A stretch of 64,000 nt of DNA, taken from the NCBI GenBank assembly GCA_036844765.1, contig DAIUFE010000001.1, positions 45,921 to 109,920 on the forward strand. The letters are read 5' to 3'. Below, piece after piece: positions 17,708 through 28,656 of this stretch (positions are counted from its first letter, which is position 1; each line of letters opens with the position of its first letter). Made by a program: the position numbers and the translations under genes. The stretch is from Caproicibacter sp. GTDB taxonomy: Bacteria; Bacillota; Clostridia; Oscillospirales; Acutalibacteraceae. Under the pieces are notes generated by a model, which was given only the letters and a program-made list of their open reading frames with translations, was not told where the DNA came from and did no database searches.

Positions 17708-18340
17708 TCAGAGGGTCCCGAAAATCCGGTCGCCCGCGTCGCCGAGGCCGGGCACGATGTATCCCTGCTCGTTCAGGTGGTCGTCCACGGCGGCGCAATA
17801 GAGCTGCACGTCCGGGTGCGCGGCGGTGAACGCCCGGATCCCCTCCGGGGCCGCGATGATGCACATGAACTTGACGCATTTCGGGCGGCTGCGCTTGATG
17901 ATGCGGACCGCGTCGATCGACGAGCCGCCGGTCGCGAGCATGGGGTCGAGCGCGATGACCTCGCGCTGCTCGATATCGTGCGGCAGCTTGCTGTAATACT
18001 CGACCGGCTGAAGGGTCTTCGGGTCGCGGTAAAGGCCGATGTGGCCGACTTTCGCGGCCGGAACGAGGGTGAGGACGCCGTCCACCATGCCGAGCCCCGC
18101 GCGGAGAATGGGAACGAAAGCCAGCTTTCTCCCCGCGATCACCTTCGTCCTCGCCACTCCCACGGGGGTCTCGACCGTCGTCTCCTCCAGCGGAAGATCG
18201 CGCGTCGCCTCGTAGCACAGCAGCATGGCGATCTCGCTGACCAGCTGCCGGAAATCCCGCGAGCCGGTGTTTTTGTCGCGCAGGTAGGTCAGCTTGTGCT
18301 GGATGAGCGGATGGTGCATGATAAAGACCTGGTTTTCCAT
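17708..18340 (-). CDS. upp: uracil phosphoribosyltransferase
   Basis: From ORF 17708..18358. The second ATG (18340) is preferred because GGAGGA lies 9-10 nt upstream. [26 protein letters not shown] matches the Upp N-terminus, and the C-terminus [16 protein letters not shown] also fits. Confidence 0.93.
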   Translation of the reverse strand: MENQVFIMHHPLIQHKLTYLRDKNTGSRDFRQLVSEIAMLLCYEATRDLPLEETTVETPVGVARTKVIAGRKLAFVPILRAGLGMVDGVLTLVPAAKVGHIGLYRDPKTLQPVEYYSKLPHDIEQREVIALDPMLATGGSSIDAVRIIKRSRPKCVKFMCIIAAPEGIRAFTAAHPDVQLYCAAVDDHLNEQGYIVPGLGDAGDRIFGTL

Positions 18341-18380
18341 AACGTTCCCGTCCTCCATCTGTTTTTATTGATTCAAAAAG

Positions 18381-18824
18381 TCAAAGATCCCCGCGTTCGA
18401 TCGCCGCGATCTCGTCGATCCGCCTCTGGTGGCGGCCTCCGTCGAACGGCGTTTTGAGGAACAGGTCGGCGAACTCGACCGCCTGCTTTTCGTCGATGAC
18501 CCTTCCGCCCAGGCAGAGGATGTTGGCGTTGTTGTGGCGGCGCGTGATCTCGGCGCAGTAGGCGTCGGAACAGACCGCCGCGCGGATCCCTTTCACCTTG
18601 TTGGCGGCCATGCTCATGCCGATGCCCGTCCCGCAGCAGAGAATCCCCTTTTCCGCCTTGCCCTCGGCGACGAACCGCGCGACCTTCGCCGCGATGGGCG
18701 CGTAATCGACGGACGCCGTGTCGAACGTTCCAAAATCCCGGTACTCCATGTGCTTGGAATCCAGATACTTTTTGACGGCTTCCTTCAGGCAGAAGCCGCC
18801 GTGGTCGGCTCCCAGAGCGATCAT
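18381..18824 (-). CDS. rpiB: ribose-5-phosphate isomerase B
   Basis: 147-aa ORF with MIALGADHGG and CGTGIGMSMAANKVKGIRAA motifs. Confidence 0.92.
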   Translation of the reverse strand: MIALGADHGGFCLKEAVKKYLDSKHMEYRDFGTFDTASVDYAPIAAKVARFVAEGKAEKGILCCGTGIGMSMAANKVKGIRAAVCSDAYCAEITRRHNNANILCLGGRVIDEKQAVEFADLFLKTPFDGGRHQRRIDEIAAIERGDL

Positions 18825-19534
18825 TTTTCCATTCCCTCCGTTTTATTTTTTTTCAGCGCGCGTTCGGCCTGCGCGGGGCGCAGATAAACCGGCATCAGGC
18901 GGGCCGCGTCCGTCGCAAGCCCCGCCGCGAAGGCGACCTCCGCGGCCTCTGCGACCCCGCTCGCCCGCTGGTACAGCAGCGTCTCCGGCGGCAGAACGGC
19001 GCGGATTTTTTGGAATCCGGCATTATTATAGCATAATCTGGCGCCGTCACCAACCAAAAACAGCGGCGTTTCACAGGTGCCGCATTCTTCCGCAAGGTCC
19101 GCGACCGAGATCGCCCGGTCCGGGCACAGGCGGGAAAGGCGTCCGCCGCCGGCGCGGAACACCGCGTTGTAGACCTGGCGGCAGCGCGCGTCCATCACGG
19201 CGCAGACGGTCCCCGTGAGGTGCGCGAGGTTCCAGGCGATCGCTTCCAGCGTGGAGACGCCGACGCAGGGCCTGCCGCCCGGCATCGCGAGGCCCTTCAC
19301 GCTCGCCACGCCGATGCGGATGCCGGTGAAGGAGCCCGGCCCGGCGGAAACGGCGAACAGGTCCACGGTATCGAGCGGCGTGCGCGTCCAGCGCAGCAGG
19401 CCGTCGATCATCGGCATCAGGGTCTGGCTGTGCGTGAGGCCGACGTTGCAGTAGAATTCGCCGAGGATCTTTCCGTCCTGCGTCAGGGCCGCGGAAGCGG
19501 CGGCCGCGGAGGAATCGACGGCCAGAATTTTCAT
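18821..19534 (-). CDS. tsaB: tRNA t6A37 threonylcarbamoyl transfer protein TsaB
   Basis: C-terminal 237 codons of ORF 18821..19975, starting at MKILAVDSSAAAAS (ATG 19534). GPGSFTGIRIG motif. ATGA-type overlaps with both neighbours. Confidence 0.88.
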   Translation of the reverse strand: MKILAVDSSAAAASAALTQDGKILGEFYCNVGLTHSQTLMPMIDGLLRWTRTPLDTVDLFAVSAGPGSFTGIRIGVASVKGLAMPGGRPCVGVSTLEAIAWNLAHLTGTVCAVMDARCRQVYNAVFRAGGGRLSRLCPDRAISVADLAEECGTCETPLFLVGDGARLCYNNAGFQKIRAVLPPETLLYQRASGVAEAAEVAFAAGLATDAARLMPVYLRPAQAERALKKNKTEGMEK

Positions 19535-19962
19535 AGCTCCATCCCCTCGATCGAAATCGCGCGCCCGTTCTCCGTTCCGCCGGGCGCAAGGCGGATGCGC
19601 ACCGCGTTCTCCGGGAGCGCGTTCTCGATATTTTCGCTCCATTCGACGATCAGCACCCCGCCGGAATCCAGCGCGTCGAAAAAGCCGGTGGAGGCGAGGT
19701 CGTCCCAGCTTTCGACGCGGAACATGTCGAAGTGGTAGATTTTCAGCCGGCCGTCGTACTCGTGCACCAGCGCGAACGTCGGGCTGGAGACGCCCTCCGC
19801 CGCGCCGAGGCCGCGGGCGATGCCGCGGGTCAGCGTCGTCTTTCCCGCGCCCATGCCGCCGAACAGGGCGAGGACCTCTCCGCCCTTCAGGCGTTCCGCG
19901 ATTTTCCGGCCCAACGCTTCGGTCTCCGCCGGGGAGGCCGTCCGATACCGACGCAATTTCAT
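19531..19962 (-). CDS. tsaE: tRNA t6A37 biosynthesis ATPase TsaE
   Basis: 143-aa ORF with a GGMGAGKTTLTRGIARGLG P-loop and a HFDMFR motif. Confidence 0.9.
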   Translation of the reverse strand: MKLRRYRTASPAETEALGRKIAERLKGGEVLALFGGMGAGKTTLTRGIARGLGAAEGVSSPTFALVHEYDGRLKIYHFDMFRVESWDDLASTGFFDALDSGGVLIVEWSENIENALPENAVRIRLAPGGTENGRAISIEGMEL

Positions 19963-19971
19963 CCGCTCCGT

Positions 19972-21639
19972 TCAAAAAAGTCCGGTGATGGTTCCGTTTT
20001 GATCCACGTCGATCTGCTCCGCCGCGGGATGCTTCGGAAGGCCGGGCATGGTGAGAATGCTGCCCGCGTAGGCCACGACGAACCCCGCTCCGCTTTTCAG
20101 CCGCAGGTCGCGGATCTGCACGGTGAACCCCTTCGGGCGGCCCAGAAGGGAAGGGTCGTCCGAAAGCGAATACTGCGTCTTCGCGATGCAGACGGGCAGG
20201 GAATCCCCGCCGAGTGCCTCGATTCCGCGCAGCGATTTCAGGGCCTGCCCGGAATAGGCGACGCCGTCCGCCCCGTAGATTTCGCGGCAGACCGTCCCGA
20301 TCTTCTCGCGCAAGGGGGCCGAATCCGGATACAGCAGGCGGAAGCGGGAGGGCGTCTCCGCGAGCTCGCAGACCTTCCGCGCAAGCTCGAGCCCGCCCTC
20401 GCCCCCGCGCGCGTAAACGTCGCAGGGGACCGCCTCGGCCCCGTTCTCCCGGCAGTACGCCTCAATGAACTGAATTTCGCGCTCCGAGTCGCTTTGGAAG
20501 CGGTTGACGGCCACCACGACCGGCACGCCGAATTTTTTGAGGTTCTCGATGTGGGCGCCGAGATTCTCGATTCCCCTTTCGAGGGCGGCAGGATTCTCCC
20601 GCGCGGCGTCGTCCTTCGCCGCGCCGCCGTGGTATTTCAGCGCGCGGGCGGTCGCGACCAGCACGGCGGCGTCCGGCTTCAGCCCCGCGAGGCGGCACTG
20701 GATGTCCATGAATTTCTCCGCGCCCAGGTCCGAGCCGAATCCGGCCTCCGTGACGCAGTAATCGCCGAGCTTCAGCGCGAAGCGCGTGGCGCGGACGGAA
20801 TTGCACCCGTGGGCGATGTTGGCGAACGGCCCGCCGTGGATCAGGGCCGGCGTGCCCTCCAGCGTCTGGACGAGGTTGGGCTTCAAAGCGTCCCTGAGCA
20901 GGGCGGTCATTGCGCCCTCGGCTTTCAGGTCGCGCGCGTAGACCGGCCCGCCCTCGTAGGTATAGGCGACGAGGATCCGCCCCAGCCGCTTTTTCAGGTC
21001 CGTCAGGTCCTCGGCCAGGCAGAACGCCGCCATCACCTCGGCGGCGGCGGTGATGCAGAACCCGTCCTGTCGGGGCGTGCCGTCCGCTTTCCCCCCCAGA
21101 CCGGAGACGATGCCGCGCAGCTGCCGGTCGTTCATGTCCATGCAGCGGGGGACGAGGACCCGGCGCGGGTCGATGCGCAGGGAGTTTCCCTGCTGGATGC
21201 GGTTGTCCAGCAGGGCGCACATCAGGTTGTTGGCGGAGGTGATCGCGTGGAGGTCGCCCGTGAAGTGAAGGTTGATGTCCTCCATCGGGACGACCTGCGC
21301 GTATCCGCCGCCCGCCGCGCCGCCCTTGATGCCGAACACGGGGCCGAGCGACGGCTCCCGCAGGGCCAGCACGGCTTTTTTCCCGATCTTGGCCATCGCT
21401 TCGGCCAGACCGATGGAGACGGTCGTCTTCCCCTCGCCCGCAGGTGTGGGGTTGACGGCCGTCACCAGGATCAGCCTGCCGTCCTTTTTCCCGGAAAGCC
21501 GGCGGTAAAGACCGTCCTCCAGCTTGGCCTTGTAGCGGCCGTAAGGCTCCAGCTCGTCCCCGCGGATGCCGAGCTCCGCCGCAACCTCCCCGATGGGCCT
21601 GAGCTTTGCGCTCTGCGCGATCTCGATGTCCGAAAGCAT
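19972..21639 (-). CDS. fhs: formate--tetrahydrofolate ligase
   Basis: 555-aa ORF with [25 protein letters not shown] and [24 protein letters not shown], characteristic of FTHFS. Confidence 0.95.
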   Translation of the reverse strand: MLSDIEIAQSAKLRPIGEVAAELGIRGDELEPYGRYKAKLEDGLYRRLSGKKDGRLILVTAVNPTPAGEGKTTVSIGLAEAMAKIGKKAVLALREPSLGPVFGIKGGAAGGGYAQVVPMEDINLHFTGDLHAITSANNLMCALLDNRIQQGNSLRIDPRRVLVPRCMDMNDRQLRGIVSGLGGKADGTPRQDGFCITAAAEVMAAFCLAEDLTDLKKRLGRILVAYTYEGGPVYARDLKAEGAMTALLRDALKPNLVQTLEGTPALIHGGPFANIAHGCNSVRATRFALKLGDYCVTEAGFGSDLGAEKFMDIQCRLAGLKPDAAVLVATARALKYHGGAAKDDAARENPAALERGIENLGAHIENLKKFGVPVVVAVNRFQSDSEREIQFIEAYCRENGAEAVPCDVYARGGEGGLELARKVCELAETPSRFRLLYPDSAPLREKIGTVCREIYGADGVAYSGQALKSLRGIEALGGDSLPVCIAKTQYSLSDDPSLLGRPKGFTVQIRDLRLKSGAGFVVAYAGSILTMPGLPKHPAAEQIDVDQNGTITGLF

Positions 21640-21762
21640 ACGCGAAATTCTCCCAACTTTTCACGATTCATTGCGGCACCAAAGCACAATGTCTTTTTAA
21701 GTATAACACATTTCGCCCCGTTCCGAAACAAAAAACAGCGGCAGGGAATGATTGCCCCCTTC

Positions 21763-21791
21763 TTGCATCCGGTGCCGTTGTATTCTATAAT
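21763..21791 (+). promoter_or_regulatory. sigmaA-type promoter upstream of the FtsW/RodA-family gene
   Basis: TTGCAT (21763-21768), a 17-nt spacer, then TATAAT (21786-21791). GAGGTGA RBS and ATG 21812 lie downstream. Confidence 0.5.
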
Positions 21792-21811
21792 GGACAGCAT
21801 GAGGTGAAAAG

Positions 21812-22999
21812 ATGAAGGGACTGAAAACGGTCGCGGATTATTTCAGGCGCTCGGACAAGCTGTACTGGCTTCTGATCCTGACCATCTCCGCATACAGCCT
21901 TCTTTTGCTGCGGACGGTGCCGCCCGACCCCTCCAGCGGGAAGAACTATTTCTCGACCATGGTGCTCGCCATGGCGGTGGGCTACTTCGGCGCGGTGATC
22001 CTGACGCTGGTCGATTACCGTGAGATCGCGGCGTTCTGGTACATCATCGCGGGGTTCTGCCTGTTTCTGATGCTCTACACGCTGAAATTCGGCATCGCCG
22101 TGCAGAACACCGGCGGCGTCAACGCCAAAGCCTGGATCGACCTGAAGGTGACGACCTTCCAGCCGAGCGAGCTGGTCAAGATCGGCTTCATGGTCACGTT
22201 TGCGAAGCACCTTTCCGCCCTGGAGGAGCGCGGCCTGCTGAAATCCCCGCTGCACGTGGTCCTGCTGGCCTGCCACGCGCTGGTCCCCATCGCCCTCGTG
22301 TTCCTGCAGAACGACGACGGGGCCGGGGTGATCTTCTTCTGCATGTTCCTGTGCATGGCGTTCGCGGCGGGCGTGCAGCTCCGCTATTTTGCAGTCCTGT
22401 TCGCCGCGGTGGGCGTCGCCGTGCCGCTCGCGTGGAAATACGACGTCTTTGAATATTACCAGAAGCAGCGCATCCTCGTGACCTACCATCTGGACGACAA
22501 CCCGGACATCGTCCGGAATTACGGCTACCAGCAGTGGCAGGGGCGCACCTCGATCGGCAGCGGCGGCCTGTGGGGGCGCGGTCTGTTCCAGAGCCCGCGC
22601 GTGAACTCCCGGATGGTGCCGGAGCAGGAAAGCGACTACATCTTCTCCGTCGTCGGGGAGCAGCTCGGGTTCGTCGGCTGCATCGCGCTGATCCTGCTGC
22701 TGCTGTTCCTGCTGTGGCGGACGCTGTACATCGCCCGGAAGTCCCCGGATATTTTGGGCCGGACCCTCTGCATGGGCTTTTTCGGCATGATCGCCTCGCA
22801 GATGCTGCTCAACATCGGCATGTGCCTCGACCTGCTCCCCGTCATCGGGATCACGCTGCCGTTTTTCAGCGCGGGCGGCTCTTCCGCCGCATGCCTGTAC
22901 TTCGGCTTCGGGCTGGTGCAGAACGTGTATCTGCACCGCTCGGATACCGACAAGGTCAAGCTGAAGCGCCCGCTTAGCGGCAATGCGGTGCGGATATAG
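21812..22999 (+). CDS. FtsW/RodA/SpoVE-family SEDS peptidoglycan glycosyltransferase
   Basis: 395-aa multi-TM ORF with FQPSELVKI, SDYIFSVVGEQLGF and GITLPFFSAGGSS motifs. Confidence 0.9.
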   Translation: MKGLKTVADYFRRSDKLYWLLILTISAYSLLLLRTVPPDPSSGKNYFSTMVLAMAVGYFGAVILTLVDYREIAAFWYIIAGFCLFLMLYTLKFGIAVQNTGGVNAKAWIDLKVTTFQPSELVKIGFMVTFAKHLSALEERGLLKSPLHVVLLACHALVPIALVFLQNDDGAGVIFFCMFLCMAFAAGVQLRYFAVLFAAVGVAVPLAWKYDVFEYYQKQRILVTYHLDDNPDIVRNYGYQQWQGRTSIGSGGLWGRGLFQSPRVNSRMVPEQESDYIFSVVGEQLGFVGCIALILLLLFLLWRTLYIARKSPDILGRTLCMGFFGMIASQMLLNIGMCLDLLPVIGITLPFFSAGGSSAACLYFGFGLVQNVYLHRSDTDKVKLKRPLSGNAVRI

Positions 23000-23003
23000 C
23001 GCA

Positions 23004-23038
23004 AAGCCCCCCGCCGGCCGGCGGGAGGCTTATTTTTT
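23004..23038. terminator. terminator after the FtsW/RodA-family gene, overlapping the stop of the convergent DUF3006 gene
   Basis: Stem AAGCCCCCCGCCGG / CCGGCGGGAGGCTT, followed by ATTTTTT. Confidence 0.7.
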
Positions 23039-23218
23039 CGGCGGGGCCTGCGCCTCCTCGACGGAAAGCGTTCCGGCTTCGTCGTCGACCGTGACCGCGC
23101 CGCCGGCCGCCGCTTTTTTGGGAAGCTCTGAGATCGAGATCGCAAACAGCTTGCCCTTCGCGTCCCGGCAGATGGCAAAGGTTCCTTCCAGCCGGTCGAT
23201 CGTCAGTTTTCGCATCAT
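23030..23218 (-). CDS. DUF3006-like small protein
   Basis: Last 62 codons of ORF 23030..23941, starting MMRKLTIDRLEGTFAICRD with GGAGGG upstream. This small protein commonly follows ComEC-type MBL genes (family name recalled from memory). Confidence 0.6.
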   Translation of the reverse strand: MMRKLTIDRLEGTFAICRDAKGKLFAISISELPKKAAAGGAVTVDDEAGTLSVEEAQAPPKK

Positions 23219-23235
23219 GGGGATCCCTCCGTGTC

Positions 23236-24162
23236 CTATTTTTCCGTCCTGACGGAGACGGTATGCCCGTCGGTCATAAAAATCAGCGTTCCGCTCACGT
23301 CGGTGCGGAGCACCGACGCCCCCGCGCCGTACAGGCGTTCCAGCGCCGCGCGCTTCGGCAGGTCGCCGGAATCGGCGCCGACCGATACGGCCGCCCACCG
23401 CGGCTTCACGGCGTCCAGAAACTCCCGCGTGGAGGACGTGTCGCTCCCGTGGTGCGCGACTTTCAGCACGTCGGCGGAAAGGTCCTGCCCGGAGGAGAGC
23501 AGGTCCCGCTCCTCCTCCCGCTCCGCGTCGCCCGCCAGCAGAAAGCGGACGCCGCCGTACGTCAGCTTCAGCACGATGGAATTGTCGTTGGCGCTGCCGC
23601 CCGGCCGCACGGGGCCGAGCGCGCGGATCTCCAGCGCTCCCACCCGCCATTCCCGGCCCGCGGAGACGGTCTCCGTCTCCAGCTTTTTTTCGCGCAGGGC
23701 GGACTGCACGCCGCGGTATTCGCCGGTGGAAGGGACCAGCTCCTCCGGCAGGGCGGGCGCGCAGTAGTGCGAGACGCCGAACTCCTCGAGCACCGTCCGC
23801 AGGCCGCCGATATGGTCCGCATCCGGATGGGTGTTGAACACGTATTCCAGCGAAGCCGCGCCCCGCCGCCGGAGATACGCCGCCACCTCCTGCCCACGGT
23901 CGGCGGTGCCTCCGTCGACCAGGAGGAACCGTCCGCCGCATTCGACCACGATGCTGTCCGCCTTGCCGACGTCCAGCACATGGACGGAGAGCGGGACGCC
24001 GTCGGCGCAGGCGGAAAAATCCCGCAGGCCGAAGAACGTGAAGACCCGGCGCCAGACGGGCGCGGCCCCGCCCGGCAGGCAGGCGGCCACGGCTCCGGCC
24101 GCAAGAAAAAGAACCAGGACGGCGGAAAAGATCCTTCTGCGGATGTTCTGACGTTTCGTCAT
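23236..24162 (-). CDS. membrane-anchored MBL-fold metallo-hydrolase (stand-alone ComEC C-terminal-domain-like)
   Basis: 308-aa ORF with an N-terminal TM anchor, then HVLDVGKADSIVVE and HPDADHIGG metallo-beta-lactamase motifs. Confidence 0.8.
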   Translation of the reverse strand: MTKRQNIRRRIFSAVLVLFLAAGAVAACLPGGAAPVWRRVFTFFGLRDFSACADGVPLSVHVLDVGKADSIVVECGGRFLLVDGGTADRGQEVAAYLRRRGAASLEYVFNTHPDADHIGGLRTVLEEFGVSHYCAPALPEELVPSTGEYRGVQSALREKKLETETVSAGREWRVGALEIRALGPVRPGGSANDNSIVLKLTYGGVRFLLAGDAEREEERDLLSSGQDLSADVLKVAHHGSDTSSTREFLDAVKPRWAAVSVGADSGDLPKRAALERLYGAGASVLRTDVSGTLIFMTDGHTVSVRTEK

Positions 24163-24178
24163 AGGGTTTTGCCCGGCC

Positions 24179-26620
24179 TCAGGAGCCCGGGTTCCCGGGC
24201 TCCTGCTGATCGGCCTGCCGCAGGTTCCGTTCCAGCCACTGCTGGTAGGTGATCAGGACCTGGCGGGGCTTGGAGCCTTCGCTCGGGCCCACGATGCCCG
24301 TCTGCTCCATCTGGTCGATGATTCTGCCGGCGCGCGCATAGCCCAGTCGCAGGCGACGCTGCAGAAAGGAGGTGGAGGCCTGTCCGCTTTCCACCACGCA
24401 CTTGACGGCCTCCGGCATCATGGGGTCCGTGTCGCTCTCCGAAGCGGCGTCCGAGGGCGATTTTTTGTCCTCCGCCGCGTTTTTCTCGATCTCTTCCGCG
24501 ATGCTCTCGCTGTAATCGGCCTGCTGCGATTTCTTGATGAAGCCGACGACCGACTCGATCTCGCTGTCGCTGACGAAGCACCCCTGGATCCGCTTGGGCT
24601 TCTGCGAGCCGACGGGGGAGAACAGCATGTCCCCGTGGCCGAGGAGCTTCTCCGCGCCGCTCATGTCGAGAATGGTGCGGGAATCCACCTGCGAAGACAC
24701 CGAGAACGCGATGCGGCTCGGGATGTTCGCCTTGATGATGCCCGTGATCACGTCCACCGAGGGACGCTGCGTGGCGATGACCAGGTGCATCCCCGCCGCG
24801 CGCGCCATCTGCGCCAGGCGGCAGATGGAATCCTCCACCTCGTTGGGGGCGGCCATCATCAGGTCGGAAAGCTCGTCGATGATGATCACGATCTGGGGCA
24901 TGGACTCCATCGGCTCCCCGTCCTCGGTTTTGAAGTTCCGCGAGGCGGCGAGGGCGTTGTAGGCCTTGAGGTCCCGCACGCTGTTCTCCGCGAAGGTGCG
25001 GTACCGCTTCAGCATCTCCGCGACGGCCCAGCTCAGCGCGCCCGCGGCCTTGCGCGGGTCGGTGACGACCGGCACGAGAAGCTGCGGGATCCCGTTGTAG
25101 ACGCCGAGCTCCACGACTTTGGGGTCGATCATCAGGAAGCGCACCTGCTTCGGCGTGGATTTGTAAAGCAGGCTGATGATCATGGAGTTGATGCACACGG
25201 ATTTGCCGGAGCCGGTCGCGCCCGCGATCAGCAGGTGCGGCATTTTGGCGAGGTCCGCCACGGCGACCTCGCCCGCGATGTCGCGGCCGAGCGCCACCGT
25301 GAGAGCGCTTTTCGACGCCATGAAGCTGTTGCTTTCCACCAGCTCCCGCATGCGGACGATCATGGTCTTTTTGTTCGGCACCTCGATGCCGACGGCGGCC
25401 TTGCCGGGGATGGGGGCCTCGATGCGGATGCCGGCCGTCGCAAGGTTCATCGAAAGGTCGTCCGAAAGGTTGGTGATGCGGCTGATCTTGACGCCCGCGG
25501 CGGGCTGCAGCTCATACCGGGTGACGGCCGGGCCGCGGCTGTAACCGACGAAGGAGGTCTGCACCCCGAAGCTCTGCAGCGTCTCGACCAGCATGCGGCC
25601 GTTGGTCTGGGTCTCGCTGACGATATCCCGCTCGCTCAGGCCCTTCGTCGTCTCCAGCATCGAGACGGGGGGAAAATGGTAGCTCCCGTCCTCCGGCTGC
25701 TCGAAGACCTCCTGCGGGGAAGGGGCGGGCTGCGCCGGGGGCCGGGTCCCCGGCGCGGCCTTGGCTTCCGCGGCGGGCGCGGGCGCGGCGGGCTTGCCGG
25801 CCTCCGGCGCCGGATTTTCCGGCTGCCGGTCCCCGAAGCGGAAGACCTTTTCCAGCTGCTCGAGCTGTTTGCTCTTTTTCGGCTGCGCCGGCTTCGCGTC
25901 GGACGACCGCACGGGGTGCTCCGGCAGATCCTCCGGCTCGAGGGGCACGTCGATCTCCGCTTCCTCGCGGTTGCGCTCGATCTCCCGGCGCTCCCGCGCG
26001 GAGCCGAGATTCGACACCACGGCGTCCGCCGGCCTGGCGATCGTCCTGAAAAGCTGGATCAGGCTTGTCCCGGTCAGGATCATGATCAGCACGAACAGCA
26101 GCAGCAGCAGGACGATCCTCGCGCCGACCAGGCCGAGCGCCGCGGCCGCCGGGATGCCGAGCAGGCCGCCGAACAGGCCCGCGCCGACATGCCGCGCCCC
26201 GTCGGCGTACAGCGCCGCCAGGCTTTGCCGGTACGAGGCGACCGGCACGGCCGCGGGCATCCGGAAGACCTGGACCGTGGCGCAGAAGAACACGATCACG
26301 GCGGCCATCAGGGCCAGCTTTCTCCCGGAGTGCCCGACCGGCTTTTCGAGGGCGGTCGCGACGGATATGTAAAGCAGGAGGATGGGCCAGAGGATCGCGC
26401 AGTTGCCGAACAGGCCGAGCAGAACCTCGTGAAACCACCGCCAGACATGGTCGCCCTCGATCAGGACCAGGCAGACCGTCAGGATCCCCGCGGCGAACAG
26501 GATCACGGCGTTCGTCTGGCTGCGCTGGCGCGCCGCCTGCGCCTCCCGTTCGTTCCCGGCCCCCGCCGCGCGGCGGGGAGAGGCGTTCTTTCTGCGCTTT
26601 GTTTCCTTTTTCCTTGCCAA
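24179..26620 (-). CDS. ftsK: DNA translocase FtsK/SpoIIIE
   Basis: 813-aa ORF with N-terminal TM helices, a Pro/Ala-rich linker, Walker [21 protein letters not shown], and a C-terminal gamma winged-helix domain ([22 protein letters not shown]). Confidence 0.95.
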   Translation of the reverse strand: MARKKETKRRKNASPRRAAGAGNEREAQAARQRSQTNAVILFAAGILTVCLVLIEGDHVWRWFHEVLLGLFGNCAILWPILLLYISVATALEKPVGHSGRKLALMAAVIVFFCATVQVFRMPAAVPVASYRQSLAALYADGARHVGAGLFGGLLGIPAAAALGLVGARIVLLLLLFVLIMILTGTSLIQLFRTIARPADAVVSNLGSARERREIERNREEAEIDVPLEPEDLPEHPVRSSDAKPAQPKKSKQLEQLEKVFRFGDRQPENPAPEAGKPAAPAPAAEAKAAPGTRPPAQPAPSPQEVFEQPEDGSYHFPPVSMLETTKGLSERDIVSETQTNGRMLVETLQSFGVQTSFVGYSRGPAVTRYELQPAAGVKISRITNLSDDLSMNLATAGIRIEAPIPGKAAVGIEVPNKKTMIVRMRELVESNSFMASKSALTVALGRDIAGEVAVADLAKMPHLLIAGATGSGKSVCINSMIISLLYKSTPKQVRFLMIDPKVVELGVYNGIPQLLVPVVTDPRKAAGALSWAVAEMLKRYRTFAENSVRDLKAYNALAASRNFKTEDGEPMESMPQIVIIIDELSDLMMAAPNEVEDSICRLAQMARAAGMHLVIATQRPSVDVITGIIKANIPSRIAFSVSSQVDSRTILDMSGAEKLLGHGDMLFSPVGSQKPKRIQGCFVSDSEIESVVGFIKKSQQADYSESIAEEIEKNAAEDKKSPSDAASESDTDPMMPEAVKCVVESGQASTSFLQRRLRLGYARAGRIIDQMEQTGIVGPSEGSKPRQVLITYQQWLERNLRQADQQEPGNPGS

Positions 26621-26646
26621 AGTTCTTCACCTGGTCTTTCAGAAAT

Positions 26647-27576
26647 TCAGATTTGCCCCGTCCCGATAGGGACGCCGGTCCCGCGCTCGATCAGACCCAG
26701 GACCACGGCGACGGCCCCGAGGGCCAGCGTGTAGATGGCGAAAACGGGCAGCCGGTCCGTCGCCACCATCCAGCGCAGGAGCCGGATGGCGAAGAAGCCG
26801 ACCACCGCCGCCGTGACGATCCCCGCGGCCATCGGCGCCGCGCCGATCTCCGCCGGCTGCGGCGCAGCCTCCTTCAGCTCCAGCAGGGCGGCGGCGAGGA
26901 TGGAAGGGATGCCGATCACAAACGAATAATCGAGCGCCGACCGCCGGTCGATCCCGCGCATCAGCCCGGCCGAAAGGGTCGAGCCGGAGCGGGAAAGCCC
27001 CGGGAACACGGCCGCGGCGCACTGTGCCAGCCCGACGGCCAGCGCGTCGGGGGCGCGGAACGCCTTTCTGCCGCCCAGCGGCCGCCCGCCGGGGCTGAGG
27101 CGGCTCGCCTGCGTCCTGCGGTCCGCCAGGATGCCGAGGGTCAGCAGCACCGAGGTGCCGATCAGCGCGAAACCTTCGATCACGACGTCCCCGTCCGTCG
27201 CCCACAGGTCCGCGAAATCCTTGATTTTCATTCCGGTCCCCGGCACGGGGAGAAACAGCAGGAACAGGGGGATCAGGCCGAGAATCAGCATGACCAGCAG
27301 GCGCCGGTCGGGGCTCATACCCTTCCGGCGGAAGCGCCCCGTGAACAGGTCGCGGAGCAGGAGCGCCAGCTCGCGCAGAAGCCGCCACACCAATCCGCGG
27401 TAGACCGCGACGACGGCGATCAGCGTGCCGAGGTGCAGCATCACGTCGAACAGCAGGCTGCCGACCCGTATCCCGAAGAAATGCTGGCTCAGGGAAAGGT
27501 GCCCGCTGCTGGAGATCGGGAGGAATTCCGTGGCGCCCTGGATAAAGCCCTGAAAAATCGCTTGCAAGACAGTCAT
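26647..27576 (-). CDS. uppP: undecaprenyl-diphosphate phosphatase
   Basis: 309-aa ORF with the GFIQGATEFLPISSSGH and PGLSRSGST motifs. One loop looks longer than I recall for typical UppP sequences. Confidence 0.9.
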   Translation of the reverse strand: MTVLQAIFQGFIQGATEFLPISSSGHLSLSQHFFGIRVGSLLFDVMLHLGTLIAVVAVYRGLVWRLLRELALLLRDLFTGRFRRKGMSPDRRLLVMLILGLIPLFLLFLPVPGTGMKIKDFADLWATDGDVVIEGFALIGTSVLLTLGILADRRTQASRLSPGGRPLGGRKAFRAPDALAVGLAQCAAAVFPGLSRSGSTLSAGLMRGIDRRSALDYSFVIGIPSILAAALLELKEAAPQPAEIGAAPMAAGIVTAAVVGFFAIRLLRWMVATDRLPVFAIYTLALGAVAVVLGLIERGTGVPIGTGQI

Positions 27577-27654
27577 GAAGGCAGTCTTCCCTTTATGTAG
27601 GATTTGTGGGGCCCGTATGTAGGGGCGGCGCGGGCCGCCCGGCCGGAAAACGGT

Positions 27655-28419
27655 TCAGACTCTCGCTTCCACCCCCGCCTTCAGGCTTTTTTCGGCGGGC
27701 GCGCCTTTGGGGTCCTGCTTCCGCTTTTTGCCCCGGTCGATCATGCCGTAAAGGCAGTCCACCGCGTCGGAAAGCCCGCCAAGCGAATCGATCAGCCCTT
27801 CCTTCACGGCCTGCGGGCCGTCGAGGACCGTGCCGATATCCAGGACCAGCTCTTTCGTATTCATCGAAAGCTCTTCCAGGCGGCCGGCGGAAATATGGGA
27901 ATGCTGCGTGATGAACGTGGTGATGCGCTGCTGCATGCGCTCGAAATAATCCAGCGTCTGCGGCACGCCGAGCATCATCCCGTTCATGCGCACGGGATGG
28001 ATGGTGATGGTGGCGCTCGGGACGATGAAGGAGCGCTTTGCCGCGACGGCCAGCGGCGCCCCGATGGAATGCCCGCCCCCCAGCACGATGGAGACCGTCG
28101 GCTTCTTCATGCCGGCCACCAGCTCCGCGAGGGCGAGGCCCGCCTCGACGTCCCCGCCCACCGTGTTCAGGATCATGAGCAGCCCGTCGACGCCGGGGTC
28201 CTCCTCGACCGCGATCAGCTGCGGGATCACGTGCTCGTACTTCGTGGTTTTGTTCTGCGAGGATAAAATGGTATGACCCTCGATCTGCCCGATGATCGTG
28301 AGGCAGTAGATCACGTGGCGGCCGTCCCCCGTGATGACGGAGCCGCTTTCCACCACGCGGTCGGCGGGCCGGTCGTCCCTTTCTTTTTTCTCGTCGCGCG
28401 TGTCCGTATCGTTTTTCAT
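27655..28419 (-). CDS. ClpP-fold serine protease, TepA/translocation-enhancing-protein-like
   Basis: 254-aa ORF. YCLTIIGQIEGH...NKTTKYEHVIPQL and LNTVGGDVEAG are typical of the TepA-type ClpP family. Confidence 0.75.
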   Translation of the reverse strand: MKNDTDTRDEKKERDDRPADRVVESGSVITGDGRHVIYCLTIIGQIEGHTILSSQNKTTKYEHVIPQLIAVEEDPGVDGLLMILNTVGGDVEAGLALAELVAGMKKPTVSIVLGGGHSIGAPLAVAAKRSFIVPSATITIHPVRMNGMMLGVPQTLDYFERMQQRITTFITQHSHISAGRLEELSMNTKELVLDIGTVLDGPQAVKEGLIDSLGGLSDAVDCLYGMIDRGKKRKQDPKGAPAEKSLKAGVEARV

Positions 28420-28580
28420 AAGGCACCTCCCAAGGTAGTATTCTGCCTTGGGAAGGCCGGAACATACGCCCGCCGCGCCGGCCGCCCGTCTAAATCCAAT
28501 TTTATTATAGCATCCGGCGCTTTATTCATCAAGGAATTTGCCCCGAATGCAAAAATAATTCCCTTCCGCAAGTTAAGAGA

Positions 28581-28609
28581 TTGACAAGGTGCTCTTTTTC
28601 ATCCATAAT
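28581..28609 (+). promoter_or_regulatory. sigmaA-type promoter upstream of the aconitase gene
   Basis: TTGACA (28581-28586), a 17-nt spacer, then CATAAT (28604-28609). This leaves an approx. 125-nt leader. Confidence 0.45.
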
Positions 28610-28656
28610 ACAAGTGGGATTCCTGTCGGGATTCTTTATTCCCGGCACGCTCGCTT

